From positions 12,813 through 76,812 of the forward strand of contig URZY01000003.1 in NCBI GenBank assembly GCA_900552495.1: 64,000 nucleotides of DNA, given 5' to 3'. The DNA comes from an uncultured Mycoplasmatota bacterium. GTDB lineage: Bacteria > Bacillota_I > Bacilli_A > RF39 > UBA660. Below are positions 48,175 to 56,941 of the stretch, piece after piece; positions within the stretch are counted from its first letter, which is position 1; the number at the start of each line of letters is the position of its first letter. The translations under genes and the position numbers were made by a program. The notes beneath the pieces were generated by a model. The model saw nothing but the letters and a program-made list of their open reading frames with translations, ran no database searches and had not been told where the DNA came from.

Positions 48175-50502
48175 TTACCCCTCCACTTTAAAGCAAGCTA
48201 ATCTACTTGTATTTTGCCAATTGTATTGTCCCCATAAGTCGGTTGAGGTACTACCGGGATCCATCATTAGAACTTGCGAACCAGAAACAGTATCAATTGC
48301 TACCCAGTGTTGTCCAGTATTGCCTTTTACTTCGGCAGTTACGTAGCAACCATTATTTAGTAGTTCTGTAATCGCATTAAGTTTTTGTTGTTTTGAGTAA
48401 CCAGATACAGCGTATGAGCCTTGATATTTAAAGGTTGGAGCGGCAAGTGAGGCAGCAGACCAAACAAAGTTTCCACCACTAACAAAGCCACCATTTTTAC
48501 TAAGATATTCAACGAATGTTCCAGGATTAAAATCAGTAATCGTTGTAGGAACGCCACTTTTAGCGATTAGAATTGCAACAGAAGTAGCCAAACAGCCGAT
48601 TTGTTTGATTGTTTTACCGCTATTGCCTAGGTAAACGCCAGCCCATGGTCCTTCATATTGTTTCCAACTGGCAAATGGTCCTGTTGAAGCATTACCACAT
48701 GATGAGGATCCGGAAGTATTACATGACATTTTTTGAACATCAGCAGCTCCATATGGTCTAGCTGAAGAGTTATAAACCTCTAGGAGAATTTGCTTATAAT
48801 TCATCCCTGAATTAGCATAGTTTGTGAATTTATTGGACTCTGTAGATAAATATCCCGCTGAAATTATATATCCTTCAGCATTAACTAAAACTTCTCCTTC
48901 GGTGGCAGCTGCTGCAGTACGTAATTGGTGATCAGCAGCTAGAGCATCCCTTGTTCTAATAGCACCGCTGTGATTAGTACCACTTCGAACTATTCCGCCT
49001 TGTCCATCACCACCGCCCATATAAGAACAGCCTTCATTGATATTACAGAAAACTTGATCGGCAACGCAGGAAGATATTTGTAACACCCATTGGTTGCCCT
49101 CTTGCTCCAACTTTTTTCCAGCAGCATTACCCATAGCTGTCGGTCTTGCTAAAGCGAAGCTTCTAGCGGCTACCATTTGTGCCTTTAAAGCCTCCATTGG
49201 GGCATATGATCCTATTTCAGCGTTGGCCACACCTGCAACGTACTCTTCGAATGGTACCATATCTTGATCAATTGGGGTTGTGTAACTTCCATTTCCATAA
49301 GGTGAACCACATTCCATTAACCGTACCATTAGATTGGAAATTTGCATTGGCTTAGAGACATTACCACCACCTGGGATGTAGAAGCCTTTTATATCATAAG
49401 TACAGGAACCAGAGGCAGCACAACTAAGAGTGGAATCCTTGCCAATGAAGCTATAGTATCTTTCTATATAGTCAAAGACATCTTCAGCTAACTGTTCTCG
49501 GGCTGATTGTGAATATCTTGGAAAGTAACTGGCAAAAATATCATTAATTAAATTATCTTTAAAAGTTGTTTCACTGTACATATTTCCACTAAACATTGCA
49601 TTGGCAATTTCTTCAATTCTAGCGGTTGTCATATAATCATAATCATAATCACTATTATTAACATTCAATACATGATAAACGGCTACTACCTTGAGCGAAT
49701 CTACTGTTTTTCCATTAGCTTGAAATGATAGTTTTACATCGTTAACTCTTTCATAAAAAGCCTGAGCGTCTTCACTAGTGGCACTAAAGACTATTTCACC
49801 AGTATCTTCACCAGTAAGAGCACTAATACCTAAGGCATCATCAAAATCGTTAACACCTCCACCAATAATAGAAATTACCATTAAAAATAGCATTAATAAA
49901 CCAAATGCAGGCAAAACAGGTAGTAAAACTTTTTTAATGTCAATGGTTCCTTTAAGAAAGGCTAAAAAGTCCGTATCTTTGTTATTAACATCTTCTTCGG
50001 GATTTTCTGACTCATTTGGGTCATCAAAAAAACTTGAAGGCTGTTTTTTACCTCCAAATCCACCTAGTTTGCCAAGTCCCCCTAGTCCACCAAATGAACT
50101 TTCTGATGAATCGCTTGAACCATCGGTACCATTTGTATTTTGGTTAGTCGGTGTAGTTGGAGTTGCTCCAGTAGCACCGTTGTACATAGAGGCTGCTTGA
50201 CCAACTTTATCGGTCATACCACTTTCATTCATTTTATTAATGCCATTTTGTAACTGACTGCCACCAGGCATTGTTTGATTAGTTCTATTTAAGGCTTTTC
50301 CTAAAGCTTCTGAACTCTTACCTTTTGTTGCTTTATCTGCTACTTTAACAGCGGCCCCTGCGGCCATTGCATAAGGATTTTTAGTAGCAATGGCTACGTC
50401 AGCGGCTTTTTTGACAGTATTTGTATTATTGCGTTCATTTCGTTCTTTTTGGGACATTTGATTATCGCCACGATTTGCTTCATACGCCATTGCTACCACC
50501 AC
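48175..50502 (-). CDS. bifunctional cell-wall hydrolase: SpoIID/LytB-like domain plus C-terminal papain-like Cys peptidase
   Basis: A TM at about residue 200, a SpoIID-like segment EEYVAGVANAEIG...EALKAQMVAARSFAL, and a C-terminal Cys/His pair GCLATSVAIL ... GQHWVAIDTV. Confidence 0.65.
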   Translation of the reverse strand: MVVAMAYEANRGDNQMSQKERNERNNTNTVKKAADVAIATKNPYAMAAGAAVKVADKATKGKSSEALGKALNRTNQTMPGGSQLQNGINKMNESGMTDKVGQAASMYNGATGATPTTPTNQNTNGTDGSSDSSESSFGGLGGLGKLGGFGGKKQPSSFFDDPNESENPEEDVNNKDTDFLAFLKGTIDIKKVLLPVLPAFGLLMLFLMVISIIGGGVNDFDDALGISALTGEDTGEIVFSATSEDAQAFYERVNDVKLSFQANGKTVDSLKVVAVYHVLNVNNSDYDYDYMTTARIEEIANAMFSGNMYSETTFKDNLINDIFASYFPRYSQSAREQLAEDVFDYIERYYSFIGKDSTLSCAASGSCTYDIKGFYIPGGGNVSKPMQISNLMVRLMECGSPYGNGSYTTPIDQDMVPFEEYVAGVANAEIGSYAPMEALKAQMVAARSFALARPTAMGNAAGKKLEQEGNQWVLQISSCVADQVFCNINEGCSYMGGGDGQGGIVRSGTNHSGAIRTRDALAADHQLRTAAAATEGEVLVNAEGYIISAGYLSTESNKFTNYANSGMNYKQILLEVYNSSARPYGAADVQKMSCNTSGSSSCGNASTGPFASWKQYEGPWAGVYLGNSGKTIKQIGCLATSVAILIAKSGVPTTITDFNPGTFVEYLSKNGGFVSGGNFVWSAASLAAPTFKYQGSYAVSGYSKQQKLNAITELLNNGCYVTAEVKGNTGQHWVAIDTVSGSQVLMMDPGSTSTDLWGQYNWQNTSRLACFKVEG

Positions 50503-50519
50503 CTTACTTCTTGATTAGA

Positions 50520-52310
50520 TTAGAATCCTCCACCTGTTCCAAAAGACTCTAACTCTTCTTTTGTTACAGCAACATTTATTCTCATACGTCTACTACCACA
50601 AACAAATAGAGCTTCTCCTTGAGAATAACGTTTTATACTTTCTTTTTCATTTTCATTTAAATCTATTAATAATGCTAAATCTTCTACAGCTTGTTTCTTT
50701 AAGCCCATTACTAAGTAATAAGATGCATTATCAAAAATTGCTTTTCCTTCTGTAATTACTGCTGGAGCAGCGAAATCACTAGGCTGTTGTGTAATAATAA
50801 TTGTTCCGGTATTATATTTACGCGCACGTCTTTGAACTTGGGCTAAGAATTCAGCTCCCTGCTGGTTACGATCACCTAGTAAAACATGAGCTTCATCGAC
50901 TAGCATGACTGTATCAACGCTTGCATCAAGACATAATCCCCAGGCATATTTTAAGACGTTAAATAGTAAAGCATTTCTAATATTGCTATCACTATTCATT
51001 AGTTCTTTTATATTAAATACCATAAAGTCACTATTTTTTCTTAGAGTTGTATGTCCATCAAAATAAAATCTTAATTCCTTAACGATTGGTCGAACTTCTA
51101 ATTCTAGTCTTTCCATAATATCACGTTCTTTTGTTTGATCTGTCATTGATAAAAGACGTCCTTTTATTGTGGCATAAACATCAGAAAAAACTGGAAAGTC
51201 AGCGGATGTAAAATGCGAAAAGTCAGTATCAAAGTCTATTCCAAAACGTTTATATGTATCTTGAACAACATCGCTAAACATAGCTAAAACATCATTAGCA
51301 ATAGTTGGGTTATAATACTTCATAAAGCCTTTTAAGAATTGTAAGGTTCTATTTAACACAGTATACCCCATTCCATTTTTTATTTCTTCCTCATCAGCAT
51401 CAAAGACTACTTCAAGGGGATTAATTAAACCAAAATCTCCACCTTTACCAATATCGATGGTATCGCCTCCAAATGATTTAGTAATATCTCTAAATTCATC
51501 TTCTGGGTCAATAATAACTATTTGACAACCATTTCTAATATGCGTTCTTAATAATAGTTTGGCTGCTGTTGATTTTCCGGAACCGGAAGTACCAAGAATA
51601 ATCATATTAGCATTGTTTCTATTATGTTCTTTTCTAATTTTATATAAGAATTGGTTAAACAAAATTACTCCACCGGAAAAATCAACACCCAATAATGTTG
51701 ATAGCCCTGGGTCTTTAATGCTATCAAAAATAAATGGATACATGGCTGCTACTGTAACTGATGGTATCGGAGTACCAATTCGTTGTTCAATATCTTGAGG
51801 TGGAAAAATTGGCAACATTGATTTTAAAACTTTTTCTTGTTCAAAACGTAAAGAAATTGCCTTTAACTCCATTGCATCAAGATAGTTTTTTACATTCATT
51901 TTCTTTAATTCTAAGGTTTCTTTAGTATCAGCAGAAACCATAATATGCATTTGAAAATCAAAGTTTCTAGCTTGGCTTCCTGCGATCATTGATGTAAAAT
52001 ATTCCAAGCTTTCAGCATCTTGACGATATCTTTCACGAAGCGTTTGATCACGTTCGTTTTGGTATTTTTCTTTTAAGTCAGCTATTTCTTTGTTTAACAT
52101 TTTAACCATATCTTGATATGGAACGGGAATATGCTTAATGACAATCTTAATTCCAGCCATATTAGTTAGGGATGCTAAATAACCTGGCGTTATATATTTA
52201 GGAAATGAAACAACAGTTAAAATTGTTGCATATTTGTCACTTATAAAAAAATCACTTGGTGAAAAATGTAGCCCTTTTGGAGCTAATTGGCTTCTTATTC
52301 CTGTACTCAT
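50520..52310 (-). CDS. VirB4/TrsE-type conjugation ATPase, ATPase portion
   Basis: Walker A ILGTSGSGKST and Walker B MLVDEAHVLL. 596 aa. Confidence 0.8.
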   Translation of the reverse strand: MSTGIRSQLAPKGLHFSPSDFFISDKYATILTVVSFPKYITPGYLASLTNMAGIKIVIKHIPVPYQDMVKMLNKEIADLKEKYQNERDQTLRERYRQDAESLEYFTSMIAGSQARNFDFQMHIMVSADTKETLELKKMNVKNYLDAMELKAISLRFEQEKVLKSMLPIFPPQDIEQRIGTPIPSVTVAAMYPFIFDSIKDPGLSTLLGVDFSGGVILFNQFLYKIRKEHNRNNANMIILGTSGSGKSTAAKLLLRTHIRNGCQIVIIDPEDEFRDITKSFGGDTIDIGKGGDFGLINPLEVVFDADEEEIKNGMGYTVLNRTLQFLKGFMKYYNPTIANDVLAMFSDVVQDTYKRFGIDFDTDFSHFTSADFPVFSDVYATIKGRLLSMTDQTKERDIMERLELEVRPIVKELRFYFDGHTTLRKNSDFMVFNIKELMNSDSNIRNALLFNVLKYAWGLCLDASVDTVMLVDEAHVLLGDRNQQGAEFLAQVQRRARKYNTGTIIITQQPSDFAAPAVITEGKAIFDNASYYLVMGLKKQAVEDLALLIDLNENEKESIKRYSQGEALFVCGSRRMRINVAVTKEELESFGTGGGF

Positions 52311-52861
52311 ACTGGCATCACTACTCCAAACTCAGTTGTACTTCCACCATTTAGGAAGTTATCTAGTACTATTCGTAAATCAGAATTACTTGCTTGAGCA
52401 GCTGCTAGACCGCATGTTGCTAAGCCGTTAATCATCATTCTTACTCTTTTTGCAAGAATATCTGGATCTTTAGATTTAAACAAGAAATAGTATTCTGTGT
52501 CAACAACATTATTATTAATAAAGGTTTGTCCTTTAGCAATATCTTGGGCAATTAATTTTCTAATTGCTGGGGAATGAGCATCATTATATAGCAATTGTAA
52601 TTGTGACATATAAACAGATATATCAACAGGTCGATCAGCTACAACTAGCCAAAATTCAAAATCAATTGTATTGTAGAAATTTTTTAGACTTATTAACATG
52701 TTGTCTTGTGCAATTGGATCAAGAATAAAAATGTTTTTCGGAGATATTTTTACTCCTGTTATTTTATGATTATCCGTTGTAATAATCATATTATTTTGTA
52801 TACCTTTTACTGGTAACCAAGCTTCAGTGGAACCATATCCACTACTTCTTTTTGTTGCCAC
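52307..52861 (-). CDS. VirB4 N-terminal-domain-like protein (separate ORF)
   Basis: 184 aa with the pattern WLPVKGIQNNMIITTDNHKITGVKISPKNIFIL, typical of the VirB4 N-terminus in Gram-positive systems. Its stop overlaps the next start in ATGA. Confidence 0.5.
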   Translation of the reverse strand: MATKRSSGYGSTEAWLPVKGIQNNMIITTDNHKITGVKISPKNIFILDPIAQDNMLISLKNFYNTIDFEFWLVVADRPVDISVYMSQLQLLYNDAHSPAIRKLIAQDIAKGQTFINNNVVDTEYYFLFKSKDPDILAKRVRMMINGLATCGLAAAQASNSDLRIVLDNFLNGGSTTEFGVVMPV

Positions 52862-53156
52862 TTTTAAAACACCAACCTTTCCATATATATGTTTGTGTAT
52901 TAGTTAAAAACTCATACATTTCTATTAAAACGTTCAGTACGTTATGATAATAAGGTAAAGGAAATACTAGAAAACCTGTTACAGCCGCTGGGCTCAACAC
53001 AAGTATGGTTACAAATGTTGAGCTTAGTGGCATAATTGCTAAAAATGTAAAAGTTATCATTACACCTGTACCAAATAACACTAAATCAAATGGTTTGAAC
53101 ATTCCCATGATTAATTTTCCTTTTTTGGTATTTGCGGGAATTAAATAGTTACGCAC
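52842..53156 (-). CDS. PrgI/TcpE/VirB3-like small membrane protein
   Basis: 104 aa. IPANTKKGKLIMGMFKPFDL is followed by two TM segments. The gene lies directly upstream of the VirB4-like genes. Confidence 0.5.
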   Translation of the reverse strand: MRNYLIPANTKKGKLIMGMFKPFDLVLFGTGVMITFTFLAIMPLSSTFVTILVLSPAAVTGFLVFPLPYYHNVLNVLIEMYEFLTNTQTYIWKGWCFKSGNKKK

Positions 53157-53179
53157 TATGTATCACACTCCTTTTAATT

Positions 53180-55315
53180 CTAAGGTCTTCCACCTCGACC
53201 TCCACGGCCGCCTCCGCCACCATGGCCTGATGAACCGAAGCTAGAGTCATCTGTTGTTCCACTAAAGTTATTAAGATCACGTTTATGTCCACCGATTTCA
53301 CCGATTATATCTCTGTCAGTATTTCCATCTGCTTTAGGTTTGTCAGGTAAGCTATCATAATCAAGATTTCCTATTGCTGAATCTCCAGAATCAACATTGG
53401 TTGTAAGTGGTGAACGATAAGTTCCTTCTCGTATAATATGACGTCCTGCAGCATCATCATATTTAGAACCATCTCTTCCATCAGCTTCCGCACTTCTATA
53501 GTTAACTTTATAAGCTGTTTCATTCTGGTGTCTACGTTTATCGCTAACACGTGGTGCAACACCAAAGTTGGCACGATCTTTGTCCATTTTTTCGTAAGCA
53601 GATTGAGCTTTAGCTGCTGCAGTTTGATAAGCATCATTCTTAGCATATGCTGCTTCATATCTAGCTTTAGCACTTGCTCTTTCGGCGTCAGTTGCTGTTG
53701 GTGATAAGTTGTTATATGCTGCGGCTGCCATATCAAGCTCACGTTTTGTAGTTTCAGCTTGGGCTTTTCTAACATCGCTTAAGTATTTTGCGTCAGCCAT
53801 ATCGGCACTTCCAATTCCTAGGAAGTCAGCTCGACGTTCTCTTGCTGCATAGTTAGCCCTATCAATCATACTACCAACAAATCCACCCTTGGCATCTTTA
53901 TCTCCTGTTTTAATCTTAGCCATAAGGTCTCTATTTTGATTCCATGAGTCTCCAATACCAAAACTTTTTCCTTGATTAAATGCAGCAGTTGCATTCTCGG
54001 CACCATTTAAAGCTCCTAATGCAAAACCTGCAGCACCACCACCGCCTAAAGCCATAGCAGTTCCACCCATAATAGCAGATAAACCTAAATTACCGCCAGA
54101 ACTCTTAATTCCAAGAACATTCATTATGAATTTAGGTGCTTGCTTAATAAAGAAGAACATTCCGATCCAAATAAAGATCATTGAAATTATTCCAACTACG
54201 CCTGTTCCTGTGTTAATTACAATACCATTTACAATCATATCTTGAATTAGGAATATAATGAAATATATTACTGCTAGATGTAAGAACAACTCTAGGTAGG
54301 TAGAAGTTAATGCTTTGGTCCAAGCACCAAAGGCTCCACCATCTTTACTTGGTTGAATATGACTGATAATTGGAATTGGCGCAATTAGTCGTAAGACAGC
54401 TAATTTTATTGAACGTATCGCAATAGTAATAATTTCTCCTAGTAATATCCAAATAAATATTACTGCTACAACAGTAGAAATAACTGGCATATAAGCGAAG
54501 ATATATTTATCTTTTCCAGTTAATCGTGGATATAAGGCAAGAATATCACTGAAGAAGCCGCCTTGAGTTTCACAACTCGCGTTTATTAAAGCCAGTATCT
54601 CATTTGGACTAGCATCATAGGCTGTATAGACATCTAAAGTTTCTTGATCTACATATTCACAGACACGATGATCTGGATTTGTTTCATCATCTAGGATTTC
54701 GCCATTTTCGTCTTTACCTTTAACGTTTAATCTAACAAAACCTTTTAAGACTGTAGATGTAAAAATATTGGCGGACTGTTTCAGTTTGGCGGCTTGTTTA
54801 TCCGCACCTGTTAAGGTATCATCATCTGTTGACGGTCCTCCAGTGGCGTTGTCTGTTGTACCTAATATGAGTCTTCCTAAAGTATTATTTTCTAAAATTC
54901 TTGTTTGTAATGAATATAATGTACCAAATAATAAACCATTATTATTAAGTTGAATTTCATATTCAGAGCGAGCTGCGGGAATGTTGATTGGTGTTAATAC
55001 AGCTAATAGAACAATCGCAGTAATAACTCGACTAATTATGTTGCCAAAGCCGGACTTTTTATCAGTAAATGTATCTGGATTCAAAATACCTTGAATGATT
55101 GTTACGGCAAGCTTAAATATCATAAATACACCTAGTATTAATTGAATACGGCCGTAAAAGTTTTTTATTGTTTCATTGGAAAAAATATCGGCACTAGCGA
55201 CATTGAACAATATTTCGTACATAAATCCTAGAACCCAATATGCAACACGATCTAGCAAGGCAAAAATGCTACGTATCAGGTCATTAATCGTGTTGGCATT
55301 CATGAAATCTGTCAT
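53180..55315 (-). CDS. VirB6/ConG/TcpH-like polytopic channel protein with Ala-rich coiled coil and RGG tail
   Basis: At least 7 TM segments in residues 15-430, then about 280 aa that are A/K/D-rich, ending GHGGGGGRGGRGGRP. Confidence 0.5.
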   Translation of the reverse strand: MTDFMNANTINDLIRSIFALLDRVAYWVLGFMYEILFNVASADIFSNETIKNFYGRIQLILGVFMIFKLAVTIIQGILNPDTFTDKKSGFGNIISRVITAIVLLAVLTPINIPAARSEYEIQLNNNGLLFGTLYSLQTRILENNTLGRLILGTTDNATGGPSTDDDTLTGADKQAAKLKQSANIFTSTVLKGFVRLNVKGKDENGEILDDETNPDHRVCEYVDQETLDVYTAYDASPNEILALINASCETQGGFFSDILALYPRLTGKDKYIFAYMPVISTVVAVIFIWILLGEIITIAIRSIKLAVLRLIAPIPIISHIQPSKDGGAFGAWTKALTSTYLELFLHLAVIYFIIFLIQDMIVNGIVINTGTGVVGIISMIFIWIGMFFFIKQAPKFIMNVLGIKSSGGNLGLSAIMGGTAMALGGGGAAGFALGALNGAENATAAFNQGKSFGIGDSWNQNRDLMAKIKTGDKDAKGGFVGSMIDRANYAARERRADFLGIGSADMADAKYLSDVRKAQAETTKRELDMAAAAYNNLSPTATDAERASAKARYEAAYAKNDAYQTAAAKAQSAYEKMDKDRANFGVAPRVSDKRRHQNETAYKVNYRSAEADGRDGSKYDDAAGRHIIREGTYRSPLTTNVDSGDSAIGNLDYDSLPDKPKADGNTDRDIIGEIGGHKRDLNNFSGTTDDSSFGSSGHGGGGGRGGRGGRP

Positions 55316-55343
55316 TTAATCTCACCTCTTTTACTGCGTTTAT

Positions 55344-56471
55344 TTATTGTAGTCCACAAGTTGCATTAGATGTTATACCAAATATATCTAATAGGGCTAT
55401 AACTAATTGTGGTAGGAAGAATAAACTTCCAGCTAATAATAATCTTGTAATTAATTTCTTTTGAGCTTTTTTCATTGCATCATCATCGCTTGTAACAATT
55501 ACTTTAGCAAAATCAATACCGCTCATTACAACGACGATGAATGGTCCAATTATTTTAATATAATTTAATATTCTTTGTAATAACCAAGCAACAGAATCTT
55601 CATCATTAACATTCCCAAGTAATCCATTATTGCCACAATCTTGTTGTTGATCATATCCTTCTAACCATTCATCCATATCTTCTTGCGTCACGTTGTCTTT
55701 AGCACCATATGTCCCAATATAAGCTAAAGAATTGGTCTCTGATCCGTCAGTTAAGTTATATCCTTTTACTTTTTTAGTAGAAAGTAAATATTCATAATTG
55801 TGAGTGGAAGTCTCTTTTACATTTCTATATATTGTTATACTTGAATTTATTTTATTATCTTTAAATACTTTATCAATTAATATTTTATCTAATTTAATAG
55901 TTACAACAGTTTTTTTGGTTGGTTTGATTGTAATACTTTCTGTAACGTTGTAGTATGTCTTACCATCAATTGACCATTCTAGTGTATTATCATTTAACAA
56001 TCTAAAGTATGGAATAAAATATTTTTCTTCTTGATAAATTCCCACACTGCCAATAGCAGTAGTATCTACTGCTTTTTTTACGGTAATATTTTTGTTTGCT
56101 AAAACTTCACTAGCACTTATTGTAGTACAAAGTCCATTACAATCTCTTTGGTTTTTTGGTTTAGTAAATATAGTTGTGAAAAGGTTGGACTCTTCAACTG
56201 TTATTGTTGGACAAATATAATTAATACTATTTTCCTTAGCCACTTTTAAATAATTCTCTTTAAAGTCTTGTTCATGATACCAATTATTAGTTCCATCTTC
56301 AAATGGAATTACTACTTTATCTTTATAAACTCTATATGTTAATGTTTCATTTTTATATTGATAATTACAGATCATTTTTTCATTACTTAACTCACTGGCT
56401 GAGACATTTTTAGGTATTATTAGAGCTAAAAGCAAAAATGCTGTTAGGCAGACTACTTGTTTTAATTTCAT
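55344..56471 (-). CDS. secreted protein with C-terminal VirB2/TrbC-like two-TM module
   Basis: Signal peptide (..NVSASE) and a ~280-aa ectodomain. The C-terminus IIGPFIVVVMSGIDFAKVIVTSDDDAMKKAQKKLITRLLLAGSLFF is paralogous to the 109-aa protein downstream. Confidence 0.55.
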   Translation of the reverse strand: MKLKQVVCLTAFLLLALIIPKNVSASELSNEKMICNYQYKNETLTYRVYKDKVVIPFEDGTNNWYHEQDFKENYLKVAKENSINYICPTITVEESNLFTTIFTKPKNQRDCNGLCTTISASEVLANKNITVKKAVDTTAIGSVGIYQEEKYFIPYFRLLNDNTLEWSIDGKTYYNVTESITIKPTKKTVVTIKLDKILIDKVFKDNKINSSITIYRNVKETSTHNYEYLLSTKKVKGYNLTDGSETNSLAYIGTYGAKDNVTQEDMDEWLEGYDQQQDCGNNGLLGNVNDEDSVAWLLQRILNYIKIIGPFIVVVMSGIDFAKVIVTSDDDAMKKAQKKLITRLLLAGSLFFLPQLVIALLDIFGITSNATCGLQ

Positions 56472-56556
56472 AAGATCACTCCAAATACATTATAACATAT
56501 TAAGTATAGCAAAATAAAAAAAAAATAGCAATTTATTTACTATTTTTTATTCTATG

Positions 56557-56886
56557 TTATTTTGCTGCTTCCCAGCAAGCTTTCCAACCATCTGTATTTC
56601 CAGTTCCACCTTTAGATACAATATCCATAATTGCTTGAACTAGGTATACTACAAAGAAAATTAATGCTGCATAAATACAACGTTTAATTAATCTACTTTG
56701 TGCTGCTTTAACCTCTTTTTCGTCACTGGCAATAACTGCTTTACCAAAATCAATAACGGCATATAAGATTAATACGATTGGAATAATTGCATATACAATA
56801 GGGAAAATACCATTTCTAATAATTTTTACTAATGGTAATAAACCACCACATGCGTCGATATCAGCTAATTGAAAAAATTCTAACAT
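56557..56886 (-). CDS. VirB2/TrbC-like pilin-like protein
   Basis: 109 aa with two TM segments separated by the charged loop ASDEKEVKAAQSRLIKR. A GAAGGAGAGG RBS precedes it. Confidence 0.55.
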   Translation of the reverse strand: MLEFFQLADIDACGGLLPLVKIIRNGIFPIVYAIIPIVLILYAVIDFGKAVIASDEKEVKAAQSRLIKRCIYAALIFFVVYLVQAIMDIVSKGGTGNTDGWKACWEAAK

Positions 56887-56901
56887 ACAAACCTCTCCTT
56901 C

Positions 56902-56937
56902 AATGTATATGATACATTATTTAATTTTTTTTGTCAA
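56902..56937 (-). promoter_or_regulatory. internal promoter with overlapping 7-3-7 palindrome upstream of the VirB2-like gene
   Basis: Minus strand has TTGACA, 17 nt, then TATCAT. The perfect inverted repeat AATGTAT-CAT-ATACATT (56902-56918) covers the -10 box and the start-site region. Confidence 0.5.
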
Positions 56938-56941
56938 TTAT

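Noticed and set aside
53371-53775. 134-aa same-strand alternate-frame ORF inside the VirB6-like gene
   Set aside because: It has no RBS. Its composition (Q/L/K/M-rich) looks like frame-shifted reading of the Ala-rich region. The main frame is continuous and better supported.
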